A stretch of DNA of 64,000 nucleotides from an uncultured Actinomycetes bacterium (lineage in GTDB: Bacteria > Actinomycetota > Actinomycetes > Streptosporangiales > Streptosporangiaceae): contig CAVRHH010000024.1 in the NCBI GenBank assembly GCA_963720945.1, positions 1 to 64,000 of the forward strand, read 5' to 3'. Position 1 is the stretch's first letter, and each line of letters opens with the position of its first letter. A program made the translations under genes and the position numbers. The notes below the pieces were generated by a model. The model searched no databases. It saw nothing but the letters and a program-made list of their open reading frames with translations, and was not told the DNA's origin. Shown here piece by piece: positions 18,614 to 28,459 of the stretch.

Positions 18614-20389
18614 CTACGTGCGCCAGGCCAGGATCTTGCCGACGTGGTAGCTGGGATGGCCGAGCAGGCCGATGAGATACTCCCCGAGACCCGAGCGGGT
18701 ACCGGTGACCGCGACGATGGCGGCCGGCCGCCAGCGTGCGAGCTGGGCGTTCATCTGCGCGCGCGGGGGCATCTGGAGGAAGGCCCCGCCCGACCACAAG
18801 ACGTTGAGGTATAGCGCGCCCGGGGCCATGATCCCGCCGTCGATGTACGCCTGGCCACCCGGGCCGGGGCCGGTGAAGTACCCGCCGATAAGGTCGATGG
18901 GCAGCGCGGTGTCGGCCTGCCAGCGCATCGGCTCGGTGAACGTCGCCGTGGGGATCGGCACGACCAGGACCCGCGCCCCGGCAGGCAGATGCAGCGCGGC
19001 GAACGTCGCGGACCACCCGGCCGGGACGGGCGCGGCCGCGGCGTCGGGCAGCGGCCGCGGCAGGATCGGCAGCACGGCGAGGATCGCGGCCGCGGTGACG
19101 GCGCCCGGCCCCCAGCGCCGCGCGGCGATCCGCGGCAGGCGGCGGGTCAGGTCCAGGCCGAAGGCCAGCAGGGCCGCCGCGGCGCCGTCCGCGGGGATCG
19201 AGAACCGGGTCGGCAGCGCCGCGTCGAGCAGCGGCAGCGAGCCCAGCCAGTGCCAGGGCAGCAGGATCGCATGGTGATCGGTGCCGCCGATCATGAGAGT
19301 GCCGCCCAGGGAGAAGATCTCCATGACCGCGAACGTCACGGCGGCCGCCCGGACCGCGAGGTTCCGCCAGAAGCGCACCGCCACGGCGGCCAGCACGATG
19401 AGCAGCGGCCAGCCCAGGTAGGCCAGATACTCCGGCACGCCGCCCTGATACCGGGCGGCCGCCGCCGCGCTGGACGCCGTGTGGAGGAACAGGAACGACG
19501 ACGGGGTCACGAACCCGCTCAGGTCGTTCTTGAAGAAGTCGGGCGTGAACGCGCTGCCGTGCTGGTGCAACGGCCCGAAGAACTGGACCCACAGCGGATA
19601 ACCGCACACGGCGAACAGCAGGGCCACCGCGACGGCGAGACCGGCCGCCAGGCGCGGGACCTGCTGCAGCGCGGCCCGCGGCCGGCTGACGGCGAGCACG
19701 ATCGCGATGAGGGCACCCGCCAGGACCGTGTCCAGCAGCACTTCCTCGGCGGTGAGCAACTGCGCCGCAGCCAGCAGGCCCAGCCACAGCCCGCCGCGCA
19801 GCGGCCGGGCGCGCCCGGTGCCGATCCGCAGCGCCGCGTCGAGGATGAGCGGCGGCAGGACCGCGAACTGGAAGTCGTAGTGGCCGACGGCGGACTGGAG
19901 CAGCGCCGGGGAGAACCCGTAGACCGCGCCCGCGATGGCCGCGCCGGTGACGCTGACACCCCAGCGCCGCAGGACGGCGAACAGCGCCAGCGCGCTGCCC
20001 GCGAACCCCACGGTCATCAGCACGGTCAGGCTCACCTGCGGTCCCGCCAGCAGGGTGAGCGGCGCCAGCAGGACGCCGGGCAGCAGCAGGAACGTGTTCC
20101 ACATGACGTTGATGCCCTGCGGGGCGTTCAGCGCCGTGGTCACCAGGGCCGGCAGCCTGAAGTGGGCGACGGCCGTCGCGTCGTAGCGGAAGAACCAGGC
20201 GAACTGGTCCGCGTCGTTGGCATTGCCCGCGACCGTGCCGGCCGCCGGGTGCCGCCACAGCCACAGCAGCAAGCCCGCCGCGGCCAGCAGGTAATAGACA
20301 GCGGCCAGCGTGAGGACACGCGCCTCGCGCCGGGACGGCGGGTCGTCCTGGGCGTCAGCGGAGGATCTCGTAACGGGCAGGGCAGCCAC
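18614..20389 (-). CDS. Large polytopic membrane protein, putative GT-C-type glycosyltransferase (YfhO/arabinosyl/mannosyltransferase-like)
   Basis: 591 aa with at least 12 TM helices. Genomic pairing with a membrane-anchored GT2. No confident family assignment. Confidence 0.5.
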   Translation of the reverse strand: MAALPVTRSSADAQDDPPSRREARVLTLAAVYYLLAAAGLLLWLWRHPAAGTVAGNANDADQFAWFFRYDATAVAHFRLPALVTTALNAPQGINVMWNTFLLLPGVLLAPLTLLAGPQVSLTVLMTVGFAGSALALFAVLRRWGVSVTGAAIAGAVYGFSPALLQSAVGHYDFQFAVLPPLILDAALRIGTGRARPLRGGLWLGLLAAAQLLTAEEVLLDTVLAGALIAIVLAVSRPRAALQQVPRLAAGLAVAVALLFAVCGYPLWVQFFGPLHQHGSAFTPDFFKNDLSGFVTPSSFLFLHTASSAAAAARYQGGVPEYLAYLGWPLLIVLAAVAVRFWRNLAVRAAAVTFAVMEIFSLGGTLMIGGTDHHAILLPWHWLGSLPLLDAALPTRFSIPADGAAAALLAFGLDLTRRLPRIAARRWGPGAVTAAAILAVLPILPRPLPDAAAAPVPAGWSATFAALHLPAGARVLVVPIPTATFTEPMRWQADTALPIDLIGGYFTGPGPGGQAYIDGGIMAPGALYLNVLWSGGAFLQMPPRAQMNAQLARWRPAAIVAVTGTRSGLGEYLIGLLGHPSYHVGKILAWRT

Positions 20390-20497
20390 GCCTGCTGAGG
20401 GTAGTACGCGAAGCTCACGTACGGGGACAGCCGGGCCAGTTCCCGCAGCAAAAGGTAATTTTCGTCCCGGCCGGGAACCGCCCGGCCGGGAGGGGTG

Positions 20498-20986
20498 CTA
20501 CTTCACCTCGCGCAGCCGCCCGGTACCGACGTCGAAGACGAAGCCGCGGACATCGTCGGTGCGCGGGATGAAGGGGCTGACCTTGATCCGCGCGATGGAC
20601 TGCCGGACATCCTCGTCCAGGTCGGGGAAGGCCTCGGTGGCCCACTCCGGCTTGATCCCGGTCTCCGCCTGGATGCTCGCCTTGAACTGGTCGTCGGTGA
20701 AGGTGAGCATCCCGCAGTCGGTGTGGTGGATCAGGATGATCGACCTGGTGGCGAGCAGCCGCTGGCTGATGGTCAGCGAGCGGATCACGTCGTCGGTGAC
20801 GACGCCGCCGGCGTTGCGGATGATGTGCGCCTGGCCGTCCTGCAGGCCGAGGAGGGCGAAGATCTTTATCCGCGAGTCCATGCACGCGACCACGGCCAGG
20901 TGGGCGGACGGCACCAGCGGCAGCGGGCCGTGGAAGCTCTCCGCGTAGCGCTCGTTGTTGGCCAGCAGATCGTCGGTGATGGACAT
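20498..20986 (-). CDS. Beta-class carbonic anhydrase
   Basis: CMDSR...HTDCG zinc-ligand motifs. 162 aa. Confidence 0.85.
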   Translation of the reverse strand: MSITDDLLANNERYAESFHGPLPLVPSAHLAVVACMDSRIKIFALLGLQDGQAHIIRNAGGVVTDDVIRSLTISQRLLATRSIILIHHTDCGMLTFTDDQFKASIQAETGIKPEWATEAFPDLDEDVRQSIARIKVSPFIPRTDDVRGFVFDVGTGRLREVK

Positions 20987-21586
20987 GTCGTTGTACCCCT
21001 CCTGAGTGACGACGGACGTTACGACGGGAAGCAGTAAGAGTCGCTCGAGGCGTCGGCCGGCGAACGGTAGAAGGTCGGGTCGTGATGATGCTGGTGCTCA
21101 TCGGCCATGACGGAAGCTCCCTCGCTTGTCCACGGTTCTGCGGGCCTCTGGTCCCGTACCCACGTGCCACGTCACTCAAGTCACCCGCCCCTCAGGAGAT
21201 CGTTTCAAATCCGGCGGCGTCAAGCGCGAGGCAGCGTACGGGGTCCCGGTCCCGGGTTGCCGCGGCGGCGTCAGCGGCCGGCCAGCGAACCTGCCCAGCT
21301 GGGCATGAAACGGCTGACCTGGCTGAATCTAGTTAAATCCGGTCAGGAAAGTCAACTATGCGCGGCCGCGCTCCCGCGGCGGCCCTGCGGGCCGGCCACC
21401 GCCATGTCCCGGGAATGTAACGCTGCGGAGTACATTCGTCACGCATGGATGCGGGCGGGCGGAATTGCAGGTAGACATCTAACGCAACATCGGCAAACGG
21501 TTACGCGCGTGCGCCCGCCTCATTCCGACACGAGGACCAGCGCAGCGCATGCGGGGATTTCTTTTCCGGAGGGAGCTCGGGTGGGG

Positions 21587-22336
21587 ATGGGGATGGCCAG
21601 ATCGGCGCGACGCCGGTGGACGCTCGGTCTTGGCGCGGCGGCCATGGCCGCGGCCGTGCTGAGCGGCACCGCGGCGGGAGTGGCCTACGCGGCGCCGGGG
21701 CACGGGCCGGCGCCGCGCTACACGCCGGCGATGCGCACGCTGACGCCGGGCATGAGCGGTAACGACGTCAAGCGGCTCCAGCAGCGGCTGGCGCAGCTCG
21801 CGTACTACCCCGGCAAGGAGGACGGGCACTACGGCGCCGACACCGAGGAAGCGGTGTGGGCGTTCGAAGAGGTCCAGGGCATGGCCGCCAGCGGGACCGT
21901 GACCGTGAAGGTGGAACGGGCGCTGGTCGATCCCAGGTACCCGGCGCCGCTGGTCCGGCACGGCGGGGCGCTCCGCGTCGAGGTCAGCCTCGGCCGCCAC
22001 GTGCTGTACGTCTATCACCACAACAAGATCGTGCTGATCAGCCACATCTCATCGGGCGGCGGCTACTACTACTGCGACAGCGGCTGCTCCTACGCGATCA
22101 CGCCGACCGGCAACTTCCGCACCACGCGGCGGTTCAAGGGCTGGCACGCCTCGTCGCTCGGCGAGCTGTACAACCCGGTGTTCTTCTACAGCGGGTACGC
22201 CATCCACGGCGACACCTACGTCCCGATCCAGCCGGTCTCACACGGCTGCATCCGGATCCCGATGGACGTGGCCAACATCTTCCCCGGCCTCGTCCCGGCG
22301 AACGGCATCCCGGTCTACGTGCGCGCGCACGGTTAA
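21587..22336 (+). CDS. L,D-transpeptidase (YkuD domain) with N-terminal peptidoglycan-binding domain
   Basis: PG_binding_1 motif (NDVKRLQQRLAQLAYY) and catalytic HGC motif (SHGCIRI). ATG at 21587 preceded by GGAGGGA. Confidence 0.85.
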   Translation: MGMARSARRRWTLGLGAAAMAAAVLSGTAAGVAYAAPGHGPAPRYTPAMRTLTPGMSGNDVKRLQQRLAQLAYYPGKEDGHYGADTEEAVWAFEEVQGMAASGTVTVKVERALVDPRYPAPLVRHGGALRVEVSLGRHVLYVYHHNKIVLISHISSGGGYYYCDSGCSYAITPTGNFRTTRRFKGWHASSLGELYNPVFFYSGYAIHGDTYVPIQPVSHGCIRIPMDVANIFPGLVPANGIPVYVRAHG

Positions 22337-23608
22337 CTGGTCCTGGCCCGTCCCCGGAGCCGCTGGCGGCCTGGCCGCCAGCGGCTCCGGCGTGTCCGGG
22401 CGGGCGCGCCGCCGCGCACTCGGGTCAGGCGCCGCCGGGCCCGCCGGCCTGGCCGCCAGCCGGCCGGCGGAGGCGGCCGCCTGGGGCAGTCGGCGCGGGC
22501 TCATTCCGTTGCCGGAGGGCGTACCGGCCTGGTCCCCCACGCTCCGGCGCACCGACTCCAGGATCGTCAGGCCCTGGCTGACCAGGCCGGCGGCGATCTC
22601 CCCGAGCCCGTCAGCGCCGTTGAGCACGCTGACGTTGGCGCCGGCCAGGCCGCCCGCCGCTTCCTTGACGATCTGCGGGAGCTGGCTGATCAGCATCTGG
22701 TCCAGCGCGACCCGGTTGTTGGAAGAGGCTGCCTCGGCCTGGATCCGGGTCCGCTCGGCGTCGGCCTGGGCCAGGATCCGGACCCGCTCGGCCTCGGCCT
22801 GCGCGGGCTTGACCACCTCGGACACCAGCTGCTGCTGACGCAGCTCGGCCTGGCGCTGGGCCAGATCGGCCTGCGCCTGGATGACCGCCTGCTGCGCGTG
22901 CGCCTGGGCCAGCGGGCCGGCCTGGGCCGCCTCGGCCTGCGCCTTGTCCACCTCCGCCTTGTACTGCGCCTGCACGACCGACGTCTGCCGCGCGTACTCG
23001 GCCTGCTGGCGCTGCGACTCCTGCTGGGCCTGGGCGGCCGCCTGGTCGGCCTGCGACTGGGCGATCTTCGCCTGCCGCTGGATGGCCGCGTTGTGCGGCG
23101 AGGCCATCGCGGCGATGTACCCGGCCCCCATGTCATCGATGGACTGGATCTGGAGCGCGTCGACGGTCAGGCCGATGGTGGCCATCTCGGCCTTGGAGCC
23201 GTCGAGCACCTCGCTGGCCAGCTTCTGCCGCTCGGTGACGATCTCCTCGACGGTCATCGAGCCGATGATCGAACGGAGGTGACCGGCGAAGATCCGCCCG
23301 GTGAGAATCGTCATCTGGTCCTGGTCGGACAGGAAACGCTGCCCGGCGTTGACGATGCTCTCCTCGTCGTTGCCCACCTTGAAGGCGATCACGGCCCGGA
23401 CGTTCAGGGAAATGCCCTGCTTGGTCACGCAGGTCTCGGCGACTTCCGCCTCCTGGAGACTGAGCGTGAGGTAACGCGCCTTACGGAACGCGGGCGTGAC
23501 AAAGGCCCCGCGGCCGGTGACCACCCGGAAAGGCGCACCGGTGCGACCCGCCCTTCCCCCAGAAATCAGCAGGGCCTCATCGGGCGCTGGAACGCGGAAT
23601 CCGAACAT
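22238..23608 (-). CDS. Flotillin/SPFH (band 7) domain protein
   Basis: SPFH domain plus long Ala/Gln/Glu coiled-coil flotillin region. The last ~95 aa have off-frame-like composition and overlap the L,D-transpeptidase gene by 99 bp. Confidence 0.8.
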   Translation of the reverse strand: MFGFRVPAPDEALLISGGRAGRTGAPFRVVTGRGAFVTPAFRKARYLTLSLQEAEVAETCVTKQGISLNVRAVIAFKVGNDEESIVNAGQRFLSDQDQMTILTGRIFAGHLRSIIGSMTVEEIVTERQKLASEVLDGSKAEMATIGLTVDALQIQSIDDMGAGYIAAMASPHNAAIQRQAKIAQSQADQAAAQAQQESQRQQAEYARQTSVVQAQYKAEVDKAQAEAAQAGPLAQAHAQQAVIQAQADLAQRQAELRQQQLVSEVVKPAQAEAERVRILAQADAERTRIQAEAASSNNRVALDQMLISQLPQIVKEAAGGLAGANVSVLNGADGLGEIAAGLVSQGLTILESVRRSVGDQAGTPSGNGMSPRRLPQAAASAGRLAARPAGPAAPDPSARRRARPDTPEPLAARPPAAPGTGQDQLTVRAHVDRDAVRRDEAGEDVGHVHRDPDAAV

Positions 23609-23704
23609 TGCTCATCTCCTAAACCGGCTTACCTTCCCGCCGGCTTTTCGGTGAGCCGGCGTCTTTCTCTTTGCGGGTTTCCGGGCGGCGGGTTTCCGGG
23701 CGCC

Positions 23705-23950
23705 TCAGGCGCCATAGTCGCCCAGCTCGTCGAGCGGGTCGCTGGCCCACGCCATCACGTCGACCGCGCGCGACCCGCGCCACTCGGTGACGAGGACGGT
23801 CGCACCTTTCGGCAACGGCTTCTCCGACCAGGCAATGAATGCTTCCGAGCCGCCACGGATCTTGATCCGGACTTCTCCCGGGCCGCGTTCCCCCCGCGTG
23901 CCGACCGTAAGGATGCCCACCGAGCCGATGGCCGACGAGTCCTCGGTCAA
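23705..23950 (-). CDS. NfeD-like OB-fold small protein (flotillin partner)
   Basis: 81 aa, immediately upstream of the SPFH gene in the same orientation. Conserved NfeD C-terminal beta-barrel-like sequence. Confidence 0.55.
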   Translation of the reverse strand: MTEDSSAIGSVGILTVGTRGERGPGEVRIKIRGGSEAFIAWSEKPLPKGATVLVTEWRGSRAVDVMAWASDPLDELGDYGA

Positions 23951-24355
23951 TACATGCCCCCTTACACCACCCGGATAAGCCTCAGCCTAGTCCTGCCGGA
24001 GGGGTGCGTTAATAGCCGAGCCGTCCCGGCCCGGGCCGTCCCGGAATAGCCTTCGCATCGCCGCAGGCGGGGGAAATGCTACGGCCGGGCAGTGGTCCCG
24101 GCGCAGCGGAAGGCATCAGTCCTGGCCCTGAGGAAACCGGGGATGAGAGAACGCGGAGCGTGACCAATGACGGTGGGCTTCATGGTGCTCGCCGCCGTCC
24201 TGCCGGCGATCCGGGGCACGGGGCGGCGCCAGCCCCCAGGCCCTGGCGCCGCCAGAGCTAACCGCGGAAGCCGGCGTTCTTGGTCTCGGCCGTGCCGGCG
24301 GTCCGCCCCGGCGCGGTCTGGTAGGTCCGGTGCAGCGGGCCGGAACGACGGCCGG

Positions 24356-24383
24356 GCACCCCCGGTACTCAATCCGGGGGTGC
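24356..24383. terminator. Perfect 10-bp GC-rich hairpin (GCACCCCCGG-tactcaat-CCGGGGGTGC) 25 bp downstream of the beta-helix gene stop
   Basis: Direct reading. No U-tract, as is common for actinobacterial intrinsic terminators. Confidence 0.45.
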
Positions 24384-24407
24384 CCGGTACCCAATCCGGC
24401 CGGGCGC

Positions 24408-25712
24408 TCAGCCGGTGCAGCCGGGCACCGAGGCGGCCGGCGAGCAGTTGTTCACGGTGTTGATCGTCACCGGGGTGGTCGCCAGCGTCACGGTGTCATT
24501 GTTGTAGATACCGCCTCCCCCGCCGGAGGGCGCGTGGTTGGAGAAGACCTTGCTGTCGCTGAGATGCGCGAAGGTACCGTCCTCGTAAAGGCCGCCCCCG
24601 CCCTCCGACGCGATGTTGTACTGGAACCCGCTGCCGCCCACGGTCGCCTCATACTCGTTGTACATGCCGGCGCCTTCCTGAGCGTGGTCGGAGCTGAATG
24701 AGGCGCCGGTCATCGTCACGGTGTCCTCGTTGTACCAGCCGCCGCCATATCCGGCCGTGTTGCCGGTGAAGGTGGCACTGTTGACTGTCGCGTCCCCCTC
24801 GTTGTAAACCCCGCCCCCGTCATACGTGCCCTGGTTGCCGCTGAACCCTGTGCTGTACAGCGTCATGCCGTCATCGTTGTAGATGCCGCCGGCGTAGTCA
24901 GCGGTGTTCTGCTGGAAGTAGCCGGTGCTGACGGTGAGATCGCCGGACTCGGTCTCGATGGCGCCGCCGTAGTACGAGGAGTTCTGGTAGAAGGAGCTCT
25001 TGTTCACGGTCAGCGAGCCGGAGTCGAGCTCGATGGCGCCGCCGTACTCGGACGAACTGTTCTTAGTGAAGGTCGACGCTCTCACGGTCGCCGTCCCGTC
25101 GACGTCGATGGCACCCCCGTACTCGGAGGTGTCCCGGGTGAACGTGGACCCGGTTACCGTCCCGGTGTCATCGATCTCGATCGCGCCGCTGTAGTCGGCG
25201 GCGGAGTTGCCGGTGAAGGTGGCACCGTTCACCGAGATGCCGTCGTCACTGTAAATGGCGCCACCGTCGTCACCCGCGTCGTTGCCGGTGAAGGTGCCGC
25301 CAGTCACGGACACCGGGCCGTCCCCGGCGCTGATAGCACCGCCGGAGCCCGTTGTGGCCCCGTTGCTGAAGTTCACGTTCTGGACCGTCAGGTTCCCGCC
25401 GGCCGCCACCGTCAGCAGGCTGAAGTCCGGCGCGGCCGGGCTGCGCCTGAGGGTGCTGTGCGTGCCATCGATGGTGAGCGGCACGGTCACGCTGGGCAGC
25501 GCGCTCGTCAGCCAGTAGGTGCAGTTCGTGGCCAGCTGCAGCACATCGCCATCGGCCGCGCCGCTGATCGCGCCGGACAGCGCGCCCGGGCTGCACGGCA
25601 CTTGCGTTGCCATCGGCGCGGCCAGCGCCGGCGCCGCCCACGTCAGCCCGGCCAGCGCCAGCCCCCCGGCCGTCGCCGCGGCCAGCGCGGTCCTGGTGTA
25701 TCCCACGTGCAT
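24408..25712 (-). CDS. Secreted right-handed parallel beta-helix repeat protein (PMP/pectate-lyase-like GGAI repeats)
   Basis: Signal peptide. About 12 repeats of the form G(S/A)xFxxNxAxxxGGAI. Confidence 0.65.
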   Translation of the reverse strand: MHVGYTRTALAAATAGGLALAGLTWAAPALAAPMATQVPCSPGALSGAISGAADGDVLQLATNCTYWLTSALPSVTVPLTIDGTHSTLRRSPAAPDFSLLTVAAGGNLTVQNVNFSNGATTGSGGAISAGDGPVSVTGGTFTGNDAGDDGGAIYSDDGISVNGATFTGNSAADYSGAIEIDDTGTVTGSTFTRDTSEYGGAIDVDGTATVRASTFTKNSSSEYGGAIELDSGSLTVNKSSFYQNSSYYGGAIETESGDLTVSTGYFQQNTADYAGGIYNDDGMTLYSTGFSGNQGTYDGGGVYNEGDATVNSATFTGNTAGYGGGWYNEDTVTMTGASFSSDHAQEGAGMYNEYEATVGGSGFQYNIASEGGGGLYEDGTFAHLSDSKVFSNHAPSGGGGGIYNNDTVTLATTPVTINTVNNCSPAASVPGCTG

Positions 25713-25833
25713 GAATCCCCCCGATGAACTGTGAGATAGCCGATTGACATCGATTACTCAAACGATCGGGATGGTAGCACAAGGTGATCATGGTGGCGCG
25801 CGCTCAGCGCCTGATGACGACGTGACCAGCGCT

Positions 25834-26373
25834 CTAGAGCCAGCCGGCCCGGACGTTGTCGGCGGGGCCGCCGGCCGGGGCGGTGCCCAGTTCGCCCCGC
25901 CGTACCTGGCCGAGCAGCCGCTCGGCCGCTTCCAGGATGTCCGGGACCGCGCGGCGGAGGTTTTCTGCGTCGTCCGGGCCGGCCACGTCGGCCGCCACCC
26001 CGGCTTCCTTCAGCACCTCCGGCAGGTCCGACAATTTTGCCGCCAGCCAGGCGATCGGGTCCGCGGAAAGCTCCCGGACGAACACGCGCCGGCCCGGCTC
26101 CCAGCCGGTGAAGGCGGGGTGGTGGTGGGTCCGGTCGAAGCTGCCCGGCTTCCCGGCGACCGATTCCAGCAGGTCGACCCGCCAGATGGGCTGGCCGACG
26201 GAAATCGGCTGGGCGGAGTAGATCGACCCCCTGAGGTCCCCGCGTTCGAGCACCCGAAGTTCCAGCCGGACCCCGTGCTCCGCGCCTTCCTGCCCCCTAC
26301 CGGGGCTGGGGTCGACGAAGTAGAGGTCGCTGATCAGTACCCCGATGCGCTCGAAGCCGAAGGTGCAGAGCAT
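25834..26373 (-). CDS. Hypothetical protein
   Basis: 180 aa from ATG 26371-26373. No recognisable domain. Confidence 0.35.
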   Translation of the reverse strand: MLCTFGFERIGVLISDLYFVDPSPGRGQEGAEHGVRLELRVLERGDLRGSIYSAQPISVGQPIWRVDLLESVAGKPGSFDRTHHHPAFTGWEPGRRVFVRELSADPIAWLAAKLSDLPEVLKEAGVAADVAGPDDAENLRRAVPDILEAAERLLGQVRRGELGTAPAGGPADNVRAGWL

Positions 26374-26579
26374 GAATGAATCCCTTCCCGGCCGCGGCCT
26401 GCGTGTCCCGTTTCTCCCGTCCTCACCGCTTCCACTATCGCCCGGGTGCGGCCGGATGGAAACCGGGCCGGCCGCCGGACCGGGGAACTGGTGATAGAAA
26501 CGGGCATAAGCGGCACCGGCCGCGGCGGCCGCGATGGGCCTGACGGGCCGGTCCCCCACCGCGACGAGGGGACTCAGGC

Positions 26580-27824
26580 GTGGACGAACGGCCGGATGTC
26601 AGCCTTCCGCTCCCCCGCGCCTGCCCGTTCCGCGCGCCACCGGAGTACGGCCAGCTGCGCGAGCGTCCCGGCCTGGCGACGGCGGAACTGCCCGGCGGTG
26701 CGCTGACATGGCTGGTGACGCGGATGGAGGACGCGCGGGCGGCGCTGTCCGCGCCGGAATTCACGGCCGACCGCTCCGACCCGTCGTTCCCGATGCCGCA
26801 GCAGCGGCCCGCCCCGCCGGCCGGGGTGCCGCGGCCGGAACTGACGTCCGCGCAGCGGCGGGCGCGCAGCCGCGGGGCCTCCCTCATCGGCATGGACCCG
26901 CCGGATCACACTGCTGCGCGCCGCGCCGTCATCGGCGAGTTCACCGCCCGGCGGGTGCAGGGCATGCGGCCGCGGATCCAGCAGATCGTCGACGAGCGGG
27001 TCGATGCGATCCTGGCGGGCGGCCCGCCCGCCGACCTCGTGCCGGCGCTGGCGCTGCCGGTGCCGTCGGAGGTCATCTGCGAACTGCTCGGGGTGCCGTA
27101 CGCGCGGCACGAATTTTTCCAGTCCCGCAGCGTGATGCTGCTCAGCCACCGGGTGCCCGCGGAGCAGCGGTTCGAGGCCCTGCGGGAGCTCTTCGCCTTC
27201 CTGGAGGACCTGGTCTCGGCGGAGGAGGCCGCGCCCGGCGACACCCTGCTGGGCCGGCAAGCCGCCGGGCGGGCCCCGGCCAGCGAGGAGGACCACCGGG
27301 ACCTGGTCAGCCTCGCCTTCCTGCTGCTGGTGGCCGGGCACGAGACGACCGCCAACATGATCTCGCTCGGCACCCTGGCGGTGCTGCGGGATCCCGCGGT
27401 GCTGCGGACCGCTGTCACCGATCCTGACCAGGTCCCGCAGGCCGTGGAGGAAATGCTCCGGTACTTCTCGATCGCCGACATCGGGACCGGCCGGGCCGCG
27501 CTCGCCGACAGGGAGATCGGCGGCACCAAGGTCCGGGCCGGGGAGGGAGTGATCATCTCCCTGCTGGCCGCGAACCATGATCCCGCGGTGTTCCCCGATC
27601 CGGGCACGCTCGACCCGGCGCGCCGCATCCGGCCGCATGTCGCCTTCGGATACGGGCCGCACCAGTGCCTCGGGCAGAGCCTGGCCCGGACCGAGCTGGC
27701 GATCGTCTACGAGACGCTGTTCCGCCGGATTCCCGGGCTACGGCTGGCTGTCCCGCTGGACGAGCTTCCGGTCAAGAACGACGCGTTCGTCTACGGCCTG
27801 CACGCGCTGCCCGTCACCTGGTGA
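26580..27824 (+). CDS. Cytochrome P450
   Basis: AGHETT I-helix motif, EMLRY ExxR motif and the heme-binding loop FGYGPHQCLG. Confidence 0.9.
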   Translation: MDERPDVSLPLPRACPFRAPPEYGQLRERPGLATAELPGGALTWLVTRMEDARAALSAPEFTADRSDPSFPMPQQRPAPPAGVPRPELTSAQRRARSRGASLIGMDPPDHTAARRAVIGEFTARRVQGMRPRIQQIVDERVDAILAGGPPADLVPALALPVPSEVICELLGVPYARHEFFQSRSVMLLSHRVPAEQRFEALRELFAFLEDLVSAEEAAPGDTLLGRQAAGRAPASEEDHRDLVSLAFLLLVAGHETTANMISLGTLAVLRDPAVLRTAVTDPDQVPQAVEEMLRYFSIADIGTGRAALADREIGGTKVRAGEGVIISLLAANHDPAVFPDPGTLDPARRIRPHVAFGYGPHQCLGQSLARTELAIVYETLFRRIPGLRLAVPLDELPVKNDAFVYGLHALPVTW

Positions 27825-27855
27825 CGCCCGCCCGGCGCCAGATTCCGCTTCCCGG

Positions 27856-28374
27856 TCAGCCATGGCGCACCGCCGGCAGTTCCGGCACGGGCGCCAGCCC
27901 GGAACCGTTCGCGGGCGGCTCGGGAAGGTCGGCCGCGGCCTCGGCAACCGACGGCACGGCCAGCTCGACACGGTTTCTCCCCTGCCGCTTGGCGACGTAG
28001 AGTGCCGCGTCGGCGAGCCGCTCGAGCCGGTCCAGCGTGCTTGCGTGATCCGGATAACCGCCGACGCCGATAGAGGCGGTGACCGATACGTTGGCGCTTG
28101 GCAGCGTGATCTCGGCGATCGCCACGCGGACGCGCTCGGCGATCTCGAGCGCCACGGCGGTCTCGGTGTCGGGGAGGAGGACCGCGAACTCCTCTCCCCC
28201 ATTGCGGCCAGCGAAGTCCCGGGTGCGCAGCACGCTCCGCAGCACTGCGCCGACATTGGCGAGAACCTGGTCCCCCACCGCATGGCCCCACTGGTCGTTG
28301 ATCTGCTTGAAGTGGTCGAGGTCGAGAAGCAAGAGCGCGATCGGCGAACCCGTCGTCGAGGCCTGTGCGAACAT
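27856..28374 (-). CDS. GGDEF domain (diguanylate cyclase) C-terminal part. The reading frame stays open upstream to 28578 without a start codon, so this is a frameshifted gene.
   Basis: GGEEF active-site motif (RNGGEEFAVLL). The upstream in-frame sequence ...TDGLTGLPNKRAVTDALKRMF contains no ATG, GTG or TTG. Confidence 0.65.
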   Translation of the reverse strand: MFAQASTTGSPIALLLLDLDHFKQINDQWGHAVGDQVLANVGAVLRSVLRTRDFAGRNGGEEFAVLLPDTETAVALEIAERVRVAIAEITLPSANVSVTASIGVGGYPDHASTLDRLERLADAALYVAKRQGRNRVELAVPSVAEAAADLPEPPANGSGLAPVPELPAVRHG

Positions 28375-28459
28375 CCGCTTGAGCGCGTCCGTGACCGCCC
28401 TTTTGTTGGGGAGCCCGGTCAGGCCGTCGGTTGCGGCCCGGATCTCGGCGACGGCCAGG

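Noticed and set aside
18507-20398. 585-aa minus-strand and 469-aa plus-strand ORFs overlapping the polytopic membrane-protein gene
   Set aside because: Alternative-frame and antisense artefacts (Arg/Pro/Gly/Asp-rich) compared with a coherent hydrophobic TM-rich frame.
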